IMG/VR virus record: IMGVR_UViG_3300043630_000001
Span: 4,599-68,598 of that record
Length of the DNA: 64,000 nucleotides
DNA from: a virus
Lineage: Duplodnaviria > Caudoviricetes
Direction: 5' to 3' (one strand)
The position numbers and the translations under genes were made by a program. Below the pieces are notes generated by a model that did no database searches, had not been told where the DNA came from, and was given only the letters and a program-made list of their open reading frames with translations. Positions 53,112 through 61,408 of this stretch are shown one piece after another. The stretch's first letter is position 1. The number at the start of each line of letters is the position of its first letter.

Positions 53112-53774
53112 TCATCCCCGGCTGTCCGCCAGCTTGACCAAGTCGTCGATTTCTTTCTGGATGGCAGTCAGTGACACTTTCAGTCGCGCTGGCTGATTCA
53201 CCATTGCGCTGTAATGTTTGATAGTGGCTTCACGGTCAACAATCATCTGGTAAATCGTTTCGTCAGGGATCTGGTCGGCAGGTGTGCCGGCGATGTATGT
53301 GATTGTAGTGATCAAGTGTTTGGTTGGGATATTGGCCATGATGTTTCCTTTAAAGTTTGGTTTTGTTGCTACGTTTGATACAGGTTGTTGCAGACCGCAG
53401 ATAAGGTAACGTGCGGCATCTCCTACAGGGTCTGCCGTTGATTCCTTGACTCGGCTTTTTGCAACGCTAGCGTGCCCATACTCGTCATATTTGACGCTCG
53501 CCTCGCTGGTTATTGAAGTGCTCTCTTCAAGTCCGTAAGGGTCGAGCTTCCAGGCAGTATTCAGGTACTTCTCGTACTCGAGTGCGTCCCCGGCGTTCCT
53601 CACACAACCAACATAACCACCAACCTTCGCCCAACTGACGATCACGCTCCGGCGTTTCGGCCCTACCGTTTTGTAGCCGTTATCAGAAAAGGCGTTCTTT
53701 TGAGCGCAGTACTCTTCCTTGAAAGCTCTAGACCTGAGTAGAGCTTGCAGAAAATTCATGTCTAATTTTTGCAT
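53112..53774 (-). CDS. Hypothetical protein, possible internal start at 53339
   Basis: An internal AAAGGA-N6-ATG precedes MANIPTK. Confidence 0.55.
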   Translation of the reverse strand: MQKLDMNFLQALLRSRAFKEEYCAQKNAFSDNGYKTVGPKRRSVIVSWAKVGGYVGCVRNAGDALEYEKYLNTAWKLDPYGLEESTSITSEASVKYDEYGHASVAKSRVKESTADPVGDAARYLICGLQQPVSNVATKPNFKGNIMANIPTKHLITTITYIAGTPADQIPDETIYQMIVDREATIKHYSAMVNQPARLKVSLTAIQKEIDDLVKLADSRG

Positions 53775-53956
53775 TCCAGTTCCTTCAGTTTTTGAATGAT
53801 CTCTTCCGGGGCCTCTTGCACGCCACGCGGCTCACGGTCCGTACCGTAAGTAATATAGGTATAGCTACCTTGAGGGAGAATGCTGAAAGGTACGCCAGGT
53901 GACATCAGCAAGTATAGCGGCTCACCCAGGGTTCGCGTCAGTTGTAGGAATTTCAT
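53762..53956 (-). CDS. Hypothetical protein
   Basis: SD GGAGG precedes ATG 53956. Confidence 0.6.
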   Translation of the reverse strand: MKFLQLTRTLGEPLYLLMSPGVPFSILPQGSYTYITYGTDREPRGVQEAPEEIIQKLKELECKN

Positions 53957-54317
53957 ATACCTCCAGTAATTTTGTAAATGTTTCAAGCCGTTTCTGTATC
54001 CGAACGAACGGTTAACCACTTTGGTACCTGCCTCTGCGGCCTTCCTTGATACTCAATCAGCTTTTGAGAGACCAGCAAAGTCCAGTTCGCTCATGCTGGC
54101 AACCATCCATGGTCGTGTTTGTTTATTCGGGGATGAATGCCGTCAGCGCAGTCACCAGCGCCGCGCGGCGGCTAAATCCAAAAGCGCGTTGCACGCGGTA
54201 CAGACTGCGGGCGATGGTGTAGCGGGCAGATAGGCGCAACATTTTGCTGGCCAGTTCGCGCAGGGTTGCGGCTGCTGTGCAGTACGCTAAACTGTGCGCC
54301 AGCCAATCGTCAGAAGG

Positions 54318-54455
54318 TTAAGGATGCCGTAGCATTCCCTTGTAGAACCTGTGCATGAACGCTACCGCGCCGTGAAGTTCATAGGTCCAGGTCAAGCCAG
54401 CTTCAGTAATAATTTCTCTGATGAGCGCTTCACCGTTGTCTGTTGACGCGCTCAC
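54318..54455 (-). CDS. Hypothetical protein (45 aa)
   Basis: GTG start overlaps the upstream TGA. Confidence 0.4.
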   Translation of the reverse strand: MSASTDNGEALIREIITEAGLTWTYELHGAVAFMHRFYKGMLRHP

Positions 54456-54700
54456 GACCACTTCCCCAGGTTCAGGTTGTACGGTGGCTGGGACAGTGCA
54501 AACTTGTCTTGCTTGCTCAGGCACTCCAGCTTCTTCCAGGCGTCTGCCTGCGCCTGCTCTACGTCCACAATCTGCTCTTGTGTGTACACGTTCTCGCCTT
54601 CACGCGCCATCACTGCCGTGCGCTGAGCCTCGCTGGTGCAGAAGTGAGTGACCTGCGGCGTAGGGTCGTCTTTCATGACGAGGTAACCGATGATTTTCAT
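54452..54700 (-). CDS. Hypothetical protein
   Basis: SD AAGGGA; coupled. Confidence 0.55.
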   Translation of the reverse strand: MKIIGYLVMKDDPTPQVTHFCTSEAQRTAVMAREGENVYTQEQIVDVEQAQADAWKKLECLSKQDKFALSQPPYNLNLGKWS

Positions 54701-54702
54701 AA

Positions 54703-54999
54703 TTAAGTCCCTTCAGGTTTAGCGAAGCGCGGCAGAAAGCAGTCCAGCAGTTCGCCGGTTTTGCGGTTGAGGTGACGACGAATTCCGGCGATGTCGTGAG
54801 CGAAGTTGAAAGCGTCTGCGTCCAGCAGTTCTTGCAGTCTCAGAGGGCAACCGCTGGAGTGCGTTGCCATGACATCCATGGCCGTATCCATCAATGTCTG
54901 GTCAGGCGTATGCTGAAAGACTTCTTTACCAGCACGAATAGCGATCTTTTCGATAAGCGCATCTTCTTCTTTTGTAGCTCTAAAGCTGAGGGTCATCAT
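54703..54999 (-). CDS. Conserved phage protein (DUF6874-like)
   Basis: MDVMATH..GCPLRLQELLDADAFNFAHDIAGIRRHLNRKTGELLDCFLPRFA. Confidence 0.65.
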   Translation of the reverse strand: MMTLSFRATKEEDALIEKIAIRAGKEVFQHTPDQTLMDTAMDVMATHSSGCPLRLQELLDADAFNFAHDIAGIRRHLNRKTGELLDCFLPRFAKPEGT

Positions 55000-55196
55000 A
55001 GCTCCTTGTAAAATTTCGTGATTTCGTTCCTGTCAGTGATAACACTGCCGTCCTGGCCTATGTAAGTCCAGTCTTCGTCATTACCGGTGAAGTCCACTCT
55101 GGCAAGTTCTTGGTTTGTCTTGCAGAAGTGCTTGGCTTGTTCGAGGTTTCTGGCTTTGCTGTCGTGCCAGAGGGTGATGCCTTTGAAGACTTTCAC
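54996..55196 (-). CDS. Hypothetical protein
   Basis: Coupled ORF. Confidence 0.5.
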   Translation of the reverse strand: MKVFKGITLWHDSKARNLEQAKHFCKTNQELARVDFTGNDEDWTYIGQDGSVITDRNEITKFYKEL

Positions 55197-55768
55197 AGGC
55201 CCTCCAGGCAGTCTTCAGCCGTTGGTGTGGGCACCCAGTACCTGCCTTCTTCGTCCGGGGCATACTCTTTCGTGTCTGGTGGGCCTATGTGGATCTCCTT
55301 CCTGAAGATTTTGTCTTTCACGTCAGGTTTGGTGAATCCGTATTCAGCGTAGTAGCGACAGGCTGCCTGCATGCTGGTGAAGTGGCTGGTGCCCACGAGA
55401 CAGCGCGCTTTGGGTAATATCTTTGGGACTTTCAGAGGGTTAAGCTCCTCGTCGTCCACCGCCCACAAAATGTCACGATTAGCCTCTATTTCGAAGTCCA
55501 AAAAATTCAGTGTCTGGAGGATTTCAGACAAGTGTCCTCGATACCTTGAGCCATCCCAGAGCGTAAGAAAGCCCTCCCTTGCTATGACCACCCCGGCTGT
55601 GTCGCAGCCAACGCAGACGACCAGCTTGTGCCTGCTCAGGTTGAAAGGCTTGAGCAGTGCTCTTGCTGCCTCCAGGAACTCTTTTGCTGCACCACGCTCT
55701 GCGGCTTCTACTAGCGTGTCTTTGTGCGTCAGAGCTTGCCTGACTCGTGCTCTAAAAAGATCAAGCAT
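55193..55768 (-). CDS. Hypothetical protein
   Basis: SD AGGAG; 191 aa. Confidence 0.55.
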   Translation of the reverse strand: MLDLFRARVRQALTHKDTLVEAAERGAAKEFLEAARALLKPFNLSRHKLVVCVGCDTAGVVIAREGFLTLWDGSRYRGHLSEILQTLNFLDFEIEANRDILWAVDDEELNPLKVPKILPKARCLVGTSHFTSMQAACRYYAEYGFTKPDVKDKIFRKEIHIGPPDTKEYAPDEEGRYWVPTPTAEDCLEGL

Positions 55769-55769
55769 T

Positions 55770-56093
55770 TCAATCTCCTAATGATTCCGCAAATTCAATG
55801 GCATGTTCGAGGGCGATAACGCGTTCTTCATAAGAAAACCAAACATCGCCAAGTCTTTCGTCCATGGCCTCTTCAGTCTCATGGGCGTGCCTTGAGTAAG
55901 CTCTCACATAGCCTAGAAGGCGGTTAGTTTTCTCTTCCCGCTCCTTGCTTGGAAGCCACCTGACATCTCGGCAGTTAGCTGCCCCAAGATTTTCAGCAGT
56001 TGTGTATCCAAGTTTGTGCAGGCACTCACAGAGTGAGTAGACCCCTCCCTGATTCATATCCAAAACCTGCTTCAATACTTCACTTGATCTCAT
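55770..56093 (-). CDS. Cys/Arg paralog-family protein
   Basis: MRSSEVLKQVL...SLCECL...EERVIALEHAI. SD GGAG precedes ATG 56093. Confidence 0.55.
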   Translation of the reverse strand: MRSSEVLKQVLDMNQGGVYSLCECLHKLGYTTAENLGAANCRDVRWLPSKEREEKTNRLLGYVRAYSRHAHETEEAMDERLGDVWFSYEERVIALEHAIEFAESLGD

Positions 56094-56391
56094 TTTGTGC
56101 TCCACAAATTTGCCTGCCATCGATATCCAGGCGTGGCGTGAATGGCGCTCTATCGTCTGGTGTAATGTACTGGCAGCCATTCACTGGATCGGTGTACAGG
56201 TTCACCTTGGTGATAACACTGTACGGTTCGGAATTGGGTATCCCTGTGGGCAGGCCAGCATTGTCTTCTGCAGGCTTGCCCAGATGGCCGTAGACATAAA
56301 GTGTCAACAGGCTAATAATAACCGCCATAACGTTCACCGCAGTCAAAACGCGATTAGTCTTCTTTGTTTCTTTCCACAGCTTTTCGATCAT
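56080..56391 (-). CDS. Membrane-anchored protein (DUF6440-like C-terminus)
   Basis: N-terminal TM; VNLYTDPVNGCQYI...PRLDIDG. Confidence 0.55.
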   Translation of the reverse strand: MIEKLWKETKKTNRVLTAVNVMAVIISLLTLYVYGHLGKPAEDNAGLPTGIPNSEPYSVITKVNLYTDPVNGCQYITPDDRAPFTPRLDIDGRQICGAQNEIK

Positions 56392-56680
56392 CTTGAACCT
56401 CCACTAAATAAGGCTTTACCTCAAACACGCGGTCTTTCTTCTTCTTGACCGCGCCAGTCGGAAACACATACGTCGAGTGCACCCACGCCGTCACACCCTT
56501 GGTGTACCAAATAGAGTTGGACTTAAATTCGACATGCACCATGATGTCCTGCACGGCCTTAATTGTCTTGCCTGCCAGGCCTTCTTTGCCGAGACGCGGT
56601 TTGATGGCCAGCACCTTCACAGGCAGCAGGCCTTCTTGGCTGTCGTAGAGGGCGTTGGACCTTGCTGTGAGGGTAGTCAT
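56354..56680 (-). CDS. Hypothetical protein
   Basis: ATG 56680 overlaps the upstream TGA. Confidence 0.5.
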   Translation of the reverse strand: MTTLTARSNALYDSQEGLLPVKVLAIKPRLGKEGLAGKTIKAVQDIMVHVEFKSNSIWYTKGVTAWVHSTYVFPTGAVKKKKDRVFEVKPYLVEVQDDRKAVERNKED

Positions 56681-56793
56681 ACGCTGCCTGAAGCCAACAG
56701 GAAGGCCCATGATAACGCCAGCAATCCAAGGCCTGTGACCAGGCCTCCCAGCACGCTGACAGCAAATACCTTGAAGAAATGTTTTTTGTCCAT
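56677..56793 (-). CDS. 38-aa membrane peptide (absent from the ORF track)
   Basis: MDKKHFFKVFAVSVLGGLVTGLGLLALSWAFLLASGSV. SD AAGGAG; ATGA coupling. Confidence 0.55.
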   Translation of the reverse strand: MDKKHFFKVFAVSVLGGLVTGLGLLALSWAFLLASGSV

Positions 56794-56794
56794 G

Positions 56795-57010
56795 TCAATC
56801 TCCTTTTGGTTCGTCTTCCCGGATGTACAGCGCCTTGCTGCGCAGGAAAGTGAATTTACGCTTATGCGCTGGTGTTTCCACCAGCATGTGGGTTTCGGTA
56901 AGGCCAGTCAGCCTAAAGACTGAGCCAGGCTTTGGGGAACCTTTAATGTGTAGCTTCTTGCCTATGTGGTTCTCAAGGCAGTCATTTGGTATCTTGAGGA
57001 AGGGTTGCAT
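56795..57010 (-). CDS. Hypothetical protein
   Basis: Coupled ORF. Confidence 0.55.
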   Translation of the reverse strand: MQPFLKIPNDCLENHIGKKLHIKGSPKPGSVFRLTGLTETHMLVETPAHKRKFTFLRSKALYIREDEPKGD

Positions 57011-57348
57011 CAGTCACTTTTGGCTTCAAGTTCTTTGATTGTTTTACGGATGGCGGCAATGCGATCGTTTTGCGCTACCCACCAAGCTTTGTGATCACGT
57101 GGCGCTTCATCCTCGGGACCCCTCTCAGGATGGCTAAACAGCCAGCTGTTAGGCCACAAAGCATCCAGCGCCCTTGCCTTTACGCCATCAGCAATTTCTT
57201 CCGCTTCGGTCAAGTAATCGAGTGCATTACATGTAAAGCGGTGATTACCTCGTGCGCCTAATCTGTAAATAGGTCAAGGTGCTTCAGGCAGAGCCATCAC
57301 CTTCAGAGCCAGGCTGAGGGCTTCACTTGCTTTCGTTATTTGTGGCAC
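57010..57348 (-). pseudogene. Cys/Arg paralog-family gene with an in-frame TGA at codon 25
   Basis: SD AAGGAG + GTG 57348: MPQITKASEALSLALKVMALPEAP*PIYRLGARGNHRFTCNAL...NDRIAAIRKTI. TGA at 57274-57276. Confidence 0.6.
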
Positions 57349-57754
57349 TTGGTGGCTCCTTGTAGGTGAGGTCGAAAGCCATAGCGCACTGCTGCAGGGC
57401 AGCTTCCAACTTGTCTGTATTGAAGACCTTGTGGCCAGTTGACAGGTCATACAGATGGTGAGCCTGGGCGTCGTGGATGTTCTGCATATCCAGCAGGAGT
57501 TCGTTATGGCGTAAGAAGAAGACCGGAAGTGCAGAATCAGGGCCTTCACTCAGGGTCTCAATATCTGTACCCTCAATGTCTGGGCTGTACTCTTCATCTG
57601 TGATAAGGCAGCCTACTCCACACTTATAGTTTCTGGCAGCACGGTACAGGCAGGTGCCGCTGGCGTCTACGGCAGGACCACCCTGCCTTCTTAAGTGATT
57701 CACCACGAAGTCATACACCTGCTGGGTGGTTGAGTTATTTGGTATTGCTGGCAT
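57323..57754 (-). CDS. Hypothetical protein
   Basis: CLYR...KCGVGCLITDEEY...LQxxHD pattern common in phage proteins. SD GGAG. Confidence 0.6.
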   Translation of the reverse strand: MPAIPNNSTTQQVYDFVVNHLRRQGGPAVDASGTCLYRAARNYKCGVGCLITDEEYSPDIEGTDIETLSEGPDSALPVFFLRHNELLLDMQNIHDAQAHHLYDLSTGHKVFNTDKLEAALQQCAMAFDLTYKEPPSATNNESK

Positions 57755-58249
57755 TTTGTTTCTCCGGTTCAAATTGCAACCCAAGTATTTTGATGTCCTG
57801 CTTGAAGGCTGCCAGCAGGGCTGGCAGACGGGCCTCCAGGCGCTCTTTGAGGCCGGGCGCGGTCAAGTCTTCGTCTGTAGCTTCCGGCCACATAGCGCAC
57901 GATCTGGCGGCTTTGAGATTGCCTTGCTCGGCGTGGTAAATAGTGTTCGCCACATAGTGCATAGGTGAATCACTGCCCACCAGGTGCCACTTGATGAAGT
58001 CTTTCAACTCTGGAAAGTACTCGACCACAGTGTCATGTATGCTACCATAGCTGGCTTCTACCCACTTACCACCACGCAACTCTTCAGTCTCGCCGGTGAT
58101 AGCAAAACTGTTGTGGCCGTTGCCACAACTATCGTCATACCGGATGAAGGCGCGGCAACGTTCTTTGCCTTGGTTCTCCAGGGCGTGGTGGCAAGTTGTT
58201 TATGGAGGAGGGTTGAGCTTTTGGGTACGGCTTGAATTTCGCACTTCAT
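57735..58249 (-). pseudogene. Conserved phage gene split by a frameshift near 58176-58180
   Basis: 5' frame MKCEIQ...KQLATTPW; -1 frame ENQGKERCRAFIRYDDSCGNGHNSFAITG...IHD...FPEL..FIKWHL...PMHYVANTIYHA, which has no ATG of its own. Confidence 0.6.
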
Positions 58250-58254
58250 TTCAG

Positions 58255-58953
58255 TCAGCATTTTGGGTCTCTCAGTTGGAAAAATCTATGGCTGAATCCG
58301 TACTTTTCCAGATCAGGATCGTCGATGACCAGGTTTCCATACATAGCATGAGAGACGCGGTAAGTGCCTCCAGGTTTTAACTGCCTTGCTGGGTCTTCCT
58401 GTACACAGTAAACCTCGTCTCCAGGAAGGGCTTGGGCAAGTTCTTTGATGCGCTCGTCTTCAGGCTTAACTCTAATAAAGCATTCCCGGCTCCACAGGCC
58501 TGCGACGCCCTCAAAGCAGGCGCGCACTCCAGCCACAGCCTCTACTACATAGTAGTCGCCCATATGTAGACTGCTACCCACCGGGAGGTGAATACACATC
58601 ACAAGTTCTCCTACCTGCAAGTCGTCTGGTTTGGCCGGGCTGCGTTTGAGGTAGGCTGCTGCAACTGAGTGTTGATCGCCCGGACCAAACTCCACTACCG
58701 GCCAGGCAGGGTCGGAAGTGCTGCAAACACTTCCGACCTGACCTTGCTTGTAGTAACTATAATTTGCTGTCAAAGCAACTTGATCGCCTACATTGAAGGT
58801 AGGGTGCTGGTCTTCCTGCACCTGTTCTTCCGGCAGAAACATCAGCAAGGCGCTGTGTGCTTCATCATTGAGCTTTTGCTCAGTATACGCCCAGCGCTTG
58901 CCGACCTTCATGAGGGTGCCTTGAGCGCCGTCTGAGAATTTGATGTAGATCAT
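58255..58953 (-). CDS. Protein with three SH3/KOW-like beta-barrel modules
   Basis: FNVGDQV..., LQVGELVMC... and LPGDEVYC... repeats. Confidence 0.55.
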   Translation of the reverse strand: MIYIKFSDGAQGTLMKVGKRWAYTEQKLNDEAHSALLMFLPEEQVQEDQHPTFNVGDQVALTANYSYYKQGQVGSVCSTSDPAWPVVEFGPGDQHSVAAAYLKRSPAKPDDLQVGELVMCIHLPVGSSLHMGDYYVVEAVAGVRACFEGVAGLWSRECFIRVKPEDERIKELAQALPGDEVYCVQEDPARQLKPGGTYRVSHAMYGNLVIDDPDLEKYGFSHRFFQLRDPKC

Positions 58954-58954
58954 T

Positions 58955-59353
58955 TTAACCCCTGAAGCACTTACGTTCAGTCAGGGTCGAAAGTTCCAAC
59001 TCGACGTTCACCTGCTCAACGTAGAACGTGTAGCAAGTCAGGTAGAGTTTCTTTTTGCCGGCCTTCCAGCGCTGAAGAGTTTGAGGTGAGAGCTTGCTGA
59101 TGTCAAATGGCTCACGCTGCATCACCTGCAGATCAAGTCTGCCTATATCACCACACGAGTCCAGCAAGAAGCTTTCGTCATCAGGCACCGAAAACTGTAT
59201 CTTGATTAAGTCAAGCAGTTCGTCAAAGGTCTTGCCATACATGACAAGTGCGTGGCCCTCGTTTTCGTGCTTTGCCGGGCCGATGCAGCCTTGCTCATAG
59301 TGATCTTCTTCACTGAAGGCTGAGTAGCCTCGGACTTGAAATTGTGTTTTCAT
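58955..59353 (-). CDS. Hypothetical protein
   Basis: Coupled ORF. Confidence 0.55.
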   Translation of the reverse strand: MKTQFQVRGYSAFSEEDHYEQGCIGPAKHENEGHALVMYGKTFDELLDLIKIQFSVPDDESFLLDSCGDIGRLDLQVMQREPFDISKLSPQTLQRWKAGKKKLYLTCYTFYVEQVNVELELSTLTERKCFRG

Positions 59354-59562
59354 TCTTCGCCTTTCCGCTCAGCCCGGTGGCTGGCTTTCGCACGCCGCAG
59401 GGCCTCAGCAAAATCTACTTTGTTGGCATCAGACCAATGCATGAGATTAGTCAGCAGGTCTGCCAGCTGATCTTTATCGTCGACGTTGTAGTGTTTACAG
59501 AAGGCGTCGAGGGCCGACTGTGCTGAGTCAGACCTTGGTTGATTGTTTGGATGGAATCTCAT
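59350..59562 (-). CDS. Hypothetical protein
   Basis: DLLTNLMHW...DFAEAL..A pattern; coupled. Confidence 0.6.
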   Translation of the reverse strand: MRFHPNNQPRSDSAQSALDAFCKHYNVDDKDQLADLLTNLMHWSDANKVDFAEALRRAKASHRAERKGEE

Positions 59563-60314
59563 TCAGCCCTCGACTTGGCCAGGGCCAACACAAGTTGCTT
59601 GTTAGCTTTCCAGAAAGCTGCAGCATCTACGTCCATTGCAGATATAGTCCTGTTGTCAAAACTCTCCCACTCCGCTACGCTGTGATGCTGACAGCCGATC
59701 TGGATGTGGGTGCCGTTGGTGGCCACTGGCCACCTGAGACCGTTTAAAGCCAGCAAAGCTTTGCTGGCAGCGCCTGACCATTGGAGTACACCGGAGCAGC
59801 GGGAGCAGTCGGAGCAGCCGGAGCAGCGGGAGCAGTCGGAGCAGTCGGAGCAGCGGGAGCAGTCGGAGCAGTCGGAGCAGCGGGAGCAGTCGGAGCAGTC
59901 GGAGCAGCCGGAGCAGTCGGAGCAGTCGGAGCAGCCGGAGCAGCGGGAGCAGTCGGAGCAGCCGGAGCAGCGGGAGCAGCCGTAGCAGTCGGAGCAGCCG
60001 TAGCAGCCGTAGCAGCCGTAGCAGCCGGAGCAGTCGGAGCAGCCGGAGCAGCGGGAGCAGTCGGAGCAGTCGGAGCAGCGGGAGCAGTCGGAGCAGTCGG
60101 AGCAGCGGGAGCAGTCGGAGCAGCCGGAGCAGTCGGAGCAGCCGGAGCAGCGGGAGCAGCCGTAGCAGCCGGAGCAGTCGGAGCAGCCGGAGCAGTTGTA
60201 ACAATTTACGTTACCGGCCTTATCCATTTTAGCAGCCTGCGCATCGGCAAGTTCTTGAGACACTTCAGATACCCCTGTGTTGCCTCTAGGACTTTTTGTT
60301 GATTCAAATTTCAT
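59559..60314 (-). CDS. Cys-rich CXX-repeat protein with a DUF5758-like C-terminal domain
   Basis: 46 C(S/Y)(D/G/R/N) units, then GLRWPV...IQIGCQHH..AEW..F..TISAMD..AAAFWKANK. SD AAGGA. Confidence 0.7.
   Translation of the reverse strand: MKFESTKSPRGNTGVSEVSQELADAQAAKMDKAGNVNCYNCSGCSDCSGCYGCSRCSGCSDCSGCSDCSRCSDCSDCSRCSDCSDCSRCSGCSDCSGCYGCYGCYGCSDCYGCSRCSGCSDCSRCSGCSDCSDCSGCSDCSDCSRCSDCSDCSRCSDCSDCSRCSGCSDCSRCSGVLQWSGAASKALLALNGLRWPVATNGTHIQIGCQHHSVAEWESFDNRTISAMDVDAAAFWKANKQLVLALAKSRAE
59790..60203 (-). repeat. 9-bp tandem repeat array (46 units)
   Basis: Units TGCT(C/A)C(GAC/GGC/CGC) with higher-order periodicity; the first and last units deviate slightly. Confidence 0.95.
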
Positions 60315-60329
60315 GATAGTTTCCTTTTG

Positions 60330-60728
60330 TTAGCTGTCTATGTAAAAGTAAATTTCGCCGCCTTCATCCAAGAATACTCGTCCAGCAATATTGCCTTCTC
60401 TGGAGTCTTCTTCGTAGGCCGCCCAGTCAGGGCAGACTTGATCAAGGTCTGCCTCACGAATGTCACCAGCGATCCACTGCAGTAGCAGGGCGTTGAGTTG
60501 GTAGTCATCCCAGGCATTGATCTCTGATTCAGACCAGCCTCCCGAAGCCTCGACGAATTTGCGAAAAGCTTCACGCTTGTCATCGTCGTCCAGCATGAAA
60601 TACTCAGGACTGTCTTCTACAGCGTTGTTCCATGTAATCGTGCCGGCGTTTTGGCCAAGTTCTTGGGCTGACGCTGAGTAATCCCTGGCGGCTGTTTCCT
60701 TGAAAAATTTGGTGATGTTGATTTCCAT
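60330..60728 (-). CDS. Acidic hypothetical protein
   Basis: SD GGAGG precedes ATG 60728. Very Asp/Glu-rich. Confidence 0.6.
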   Translation of the reverse strand: MEINITKFFKETAARDYSASAQELGQNAGTITWNNAVEDSPEYFMLDDDDKREAFRKFVEASGGWSESEINAWDDYQLNALLLQWIAGDIREADLDQVCPDWAAYEEDSREGNIAGRVFLDEGGEIYFYIDS

Positions 60729-60729
60729 G

Positions 60730-61077
60730 CTAGTAATCCTCCACGTAAATCCACTCACCGTCCTGCCGCTCAAACATTTTGATGCCGTCGATGTAAAGGC
60801 ACTCTGCTTGATCAACCTCAAGACCCTCAACCACCGTCTCACAGCCACAAGAACCTCTCAGACCTAAAACATCTACTGGCCAATCCACGTAAATCCTGGG
60901 AGGTAGGTCTGAGTCAGTTTCAGTATCTCCGAAGCTGTGCACCTCAAGTAGCTCCTCCACCTGCATGTCGCTGCCCTCCGCTGCCTTCATAAAGTTGGCA
61001 ATGAGACTGTTCTGCGCGGCATAGAAAGCATTTCGCAGCGCTAGTGCTACAAGGTACTTAAGCTCTTCGTCTATCAT
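60730..61077 (-). CDS. Acidic hypothetical protein
   Basis: SD AAGGAGG. Very Asp/Glu-rich. Confidence 0.6.
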   Translation of the reverse strand: MIDEELKYLVALALRNAFYAAQNSLIANFMKAAEGSDMQVEELLEVHSFGDTETDSDLPPRIYVDWPVDVLGLRGSCGCETVVEGLEVDQAECLYIDGIKMFERQDGEWIYVEDY

Positions 61078-61408
61078 CTTGCCTCCTTTTTAATGTATCC
61101 ACGCTCCACTAAGTCGCCCACCGTAGAGATGAACATACGATTACCAACAAAGAACAGCGTTGGATTGTAGGTGTCGCCTGAATTCAGATAATCCACATCG
61201 TTACCGTGTCTGGTCTTACCCAGAGCATCCTGGCGTAGTTTAAGTCTTCAATGTAGTCGTGATGGAACTTCAGCCCTGCTACGGTTTCCAGATAGTTAAT
61301 AAGCCTTCTTGCTGCGACCTTCTTCCAGTAGCCAGCGACAATCTCAGCTTCATTTCGTGCCAGCTTGAATGTTTCCATTAAGCTGGCGATTGTGGGTGCA
61401 GTTCTCAT
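61074..61408 (-). pseudogene. Conserved phage gene split by a frameshift near 61220-61245
   Basis: The -1 frame reads LGKTRHGNDVDYLNSGDTYNPTLFFVGNRMFISTVGDLVERG and ends in a TGA (61076-61074) that forms an ATGA overlap with the next gene. Confidence 0.6.

Noticed and set aside
54150-54320. Possible stop read-through after ORF 54318-54455 (the frame stays open ~54 codons after TAA)
   Set aside because: No recognisable motif or family support, and TAA is rarely read through. Probably chance in GC-rich sequence.
56559-56798. 79-aa ORF from the track
   Set aside because: The overlapping 38-aa membrane peptide 56677-56793 has the SD and ATGA coupling and explains the space better.
57274-57276. 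Genome-wide TGA recoding (alternative genetic code)
   Set aside because: Many clearly conserved genes end in TGA with ATGA coupling, and long ORFs are intact under code 11.
59790-60203. Repeat array as a CRISPR array or DGR template/variable repeat
   Set aside because: Contiguous 9-bp units with no spacers, no cas genes, and no reverse transcriptase or paired TR/VR in the window.
59656-60302. Alternative-frame ORFs (LRLLRLL..., GAVGAA..., EQSEQP...)
   Set aside because: Shadows of the stop-free 9-bp repeat. Only the Cys frame has an SD, tiles with its neighbours and ends in a plausible conserved domain.
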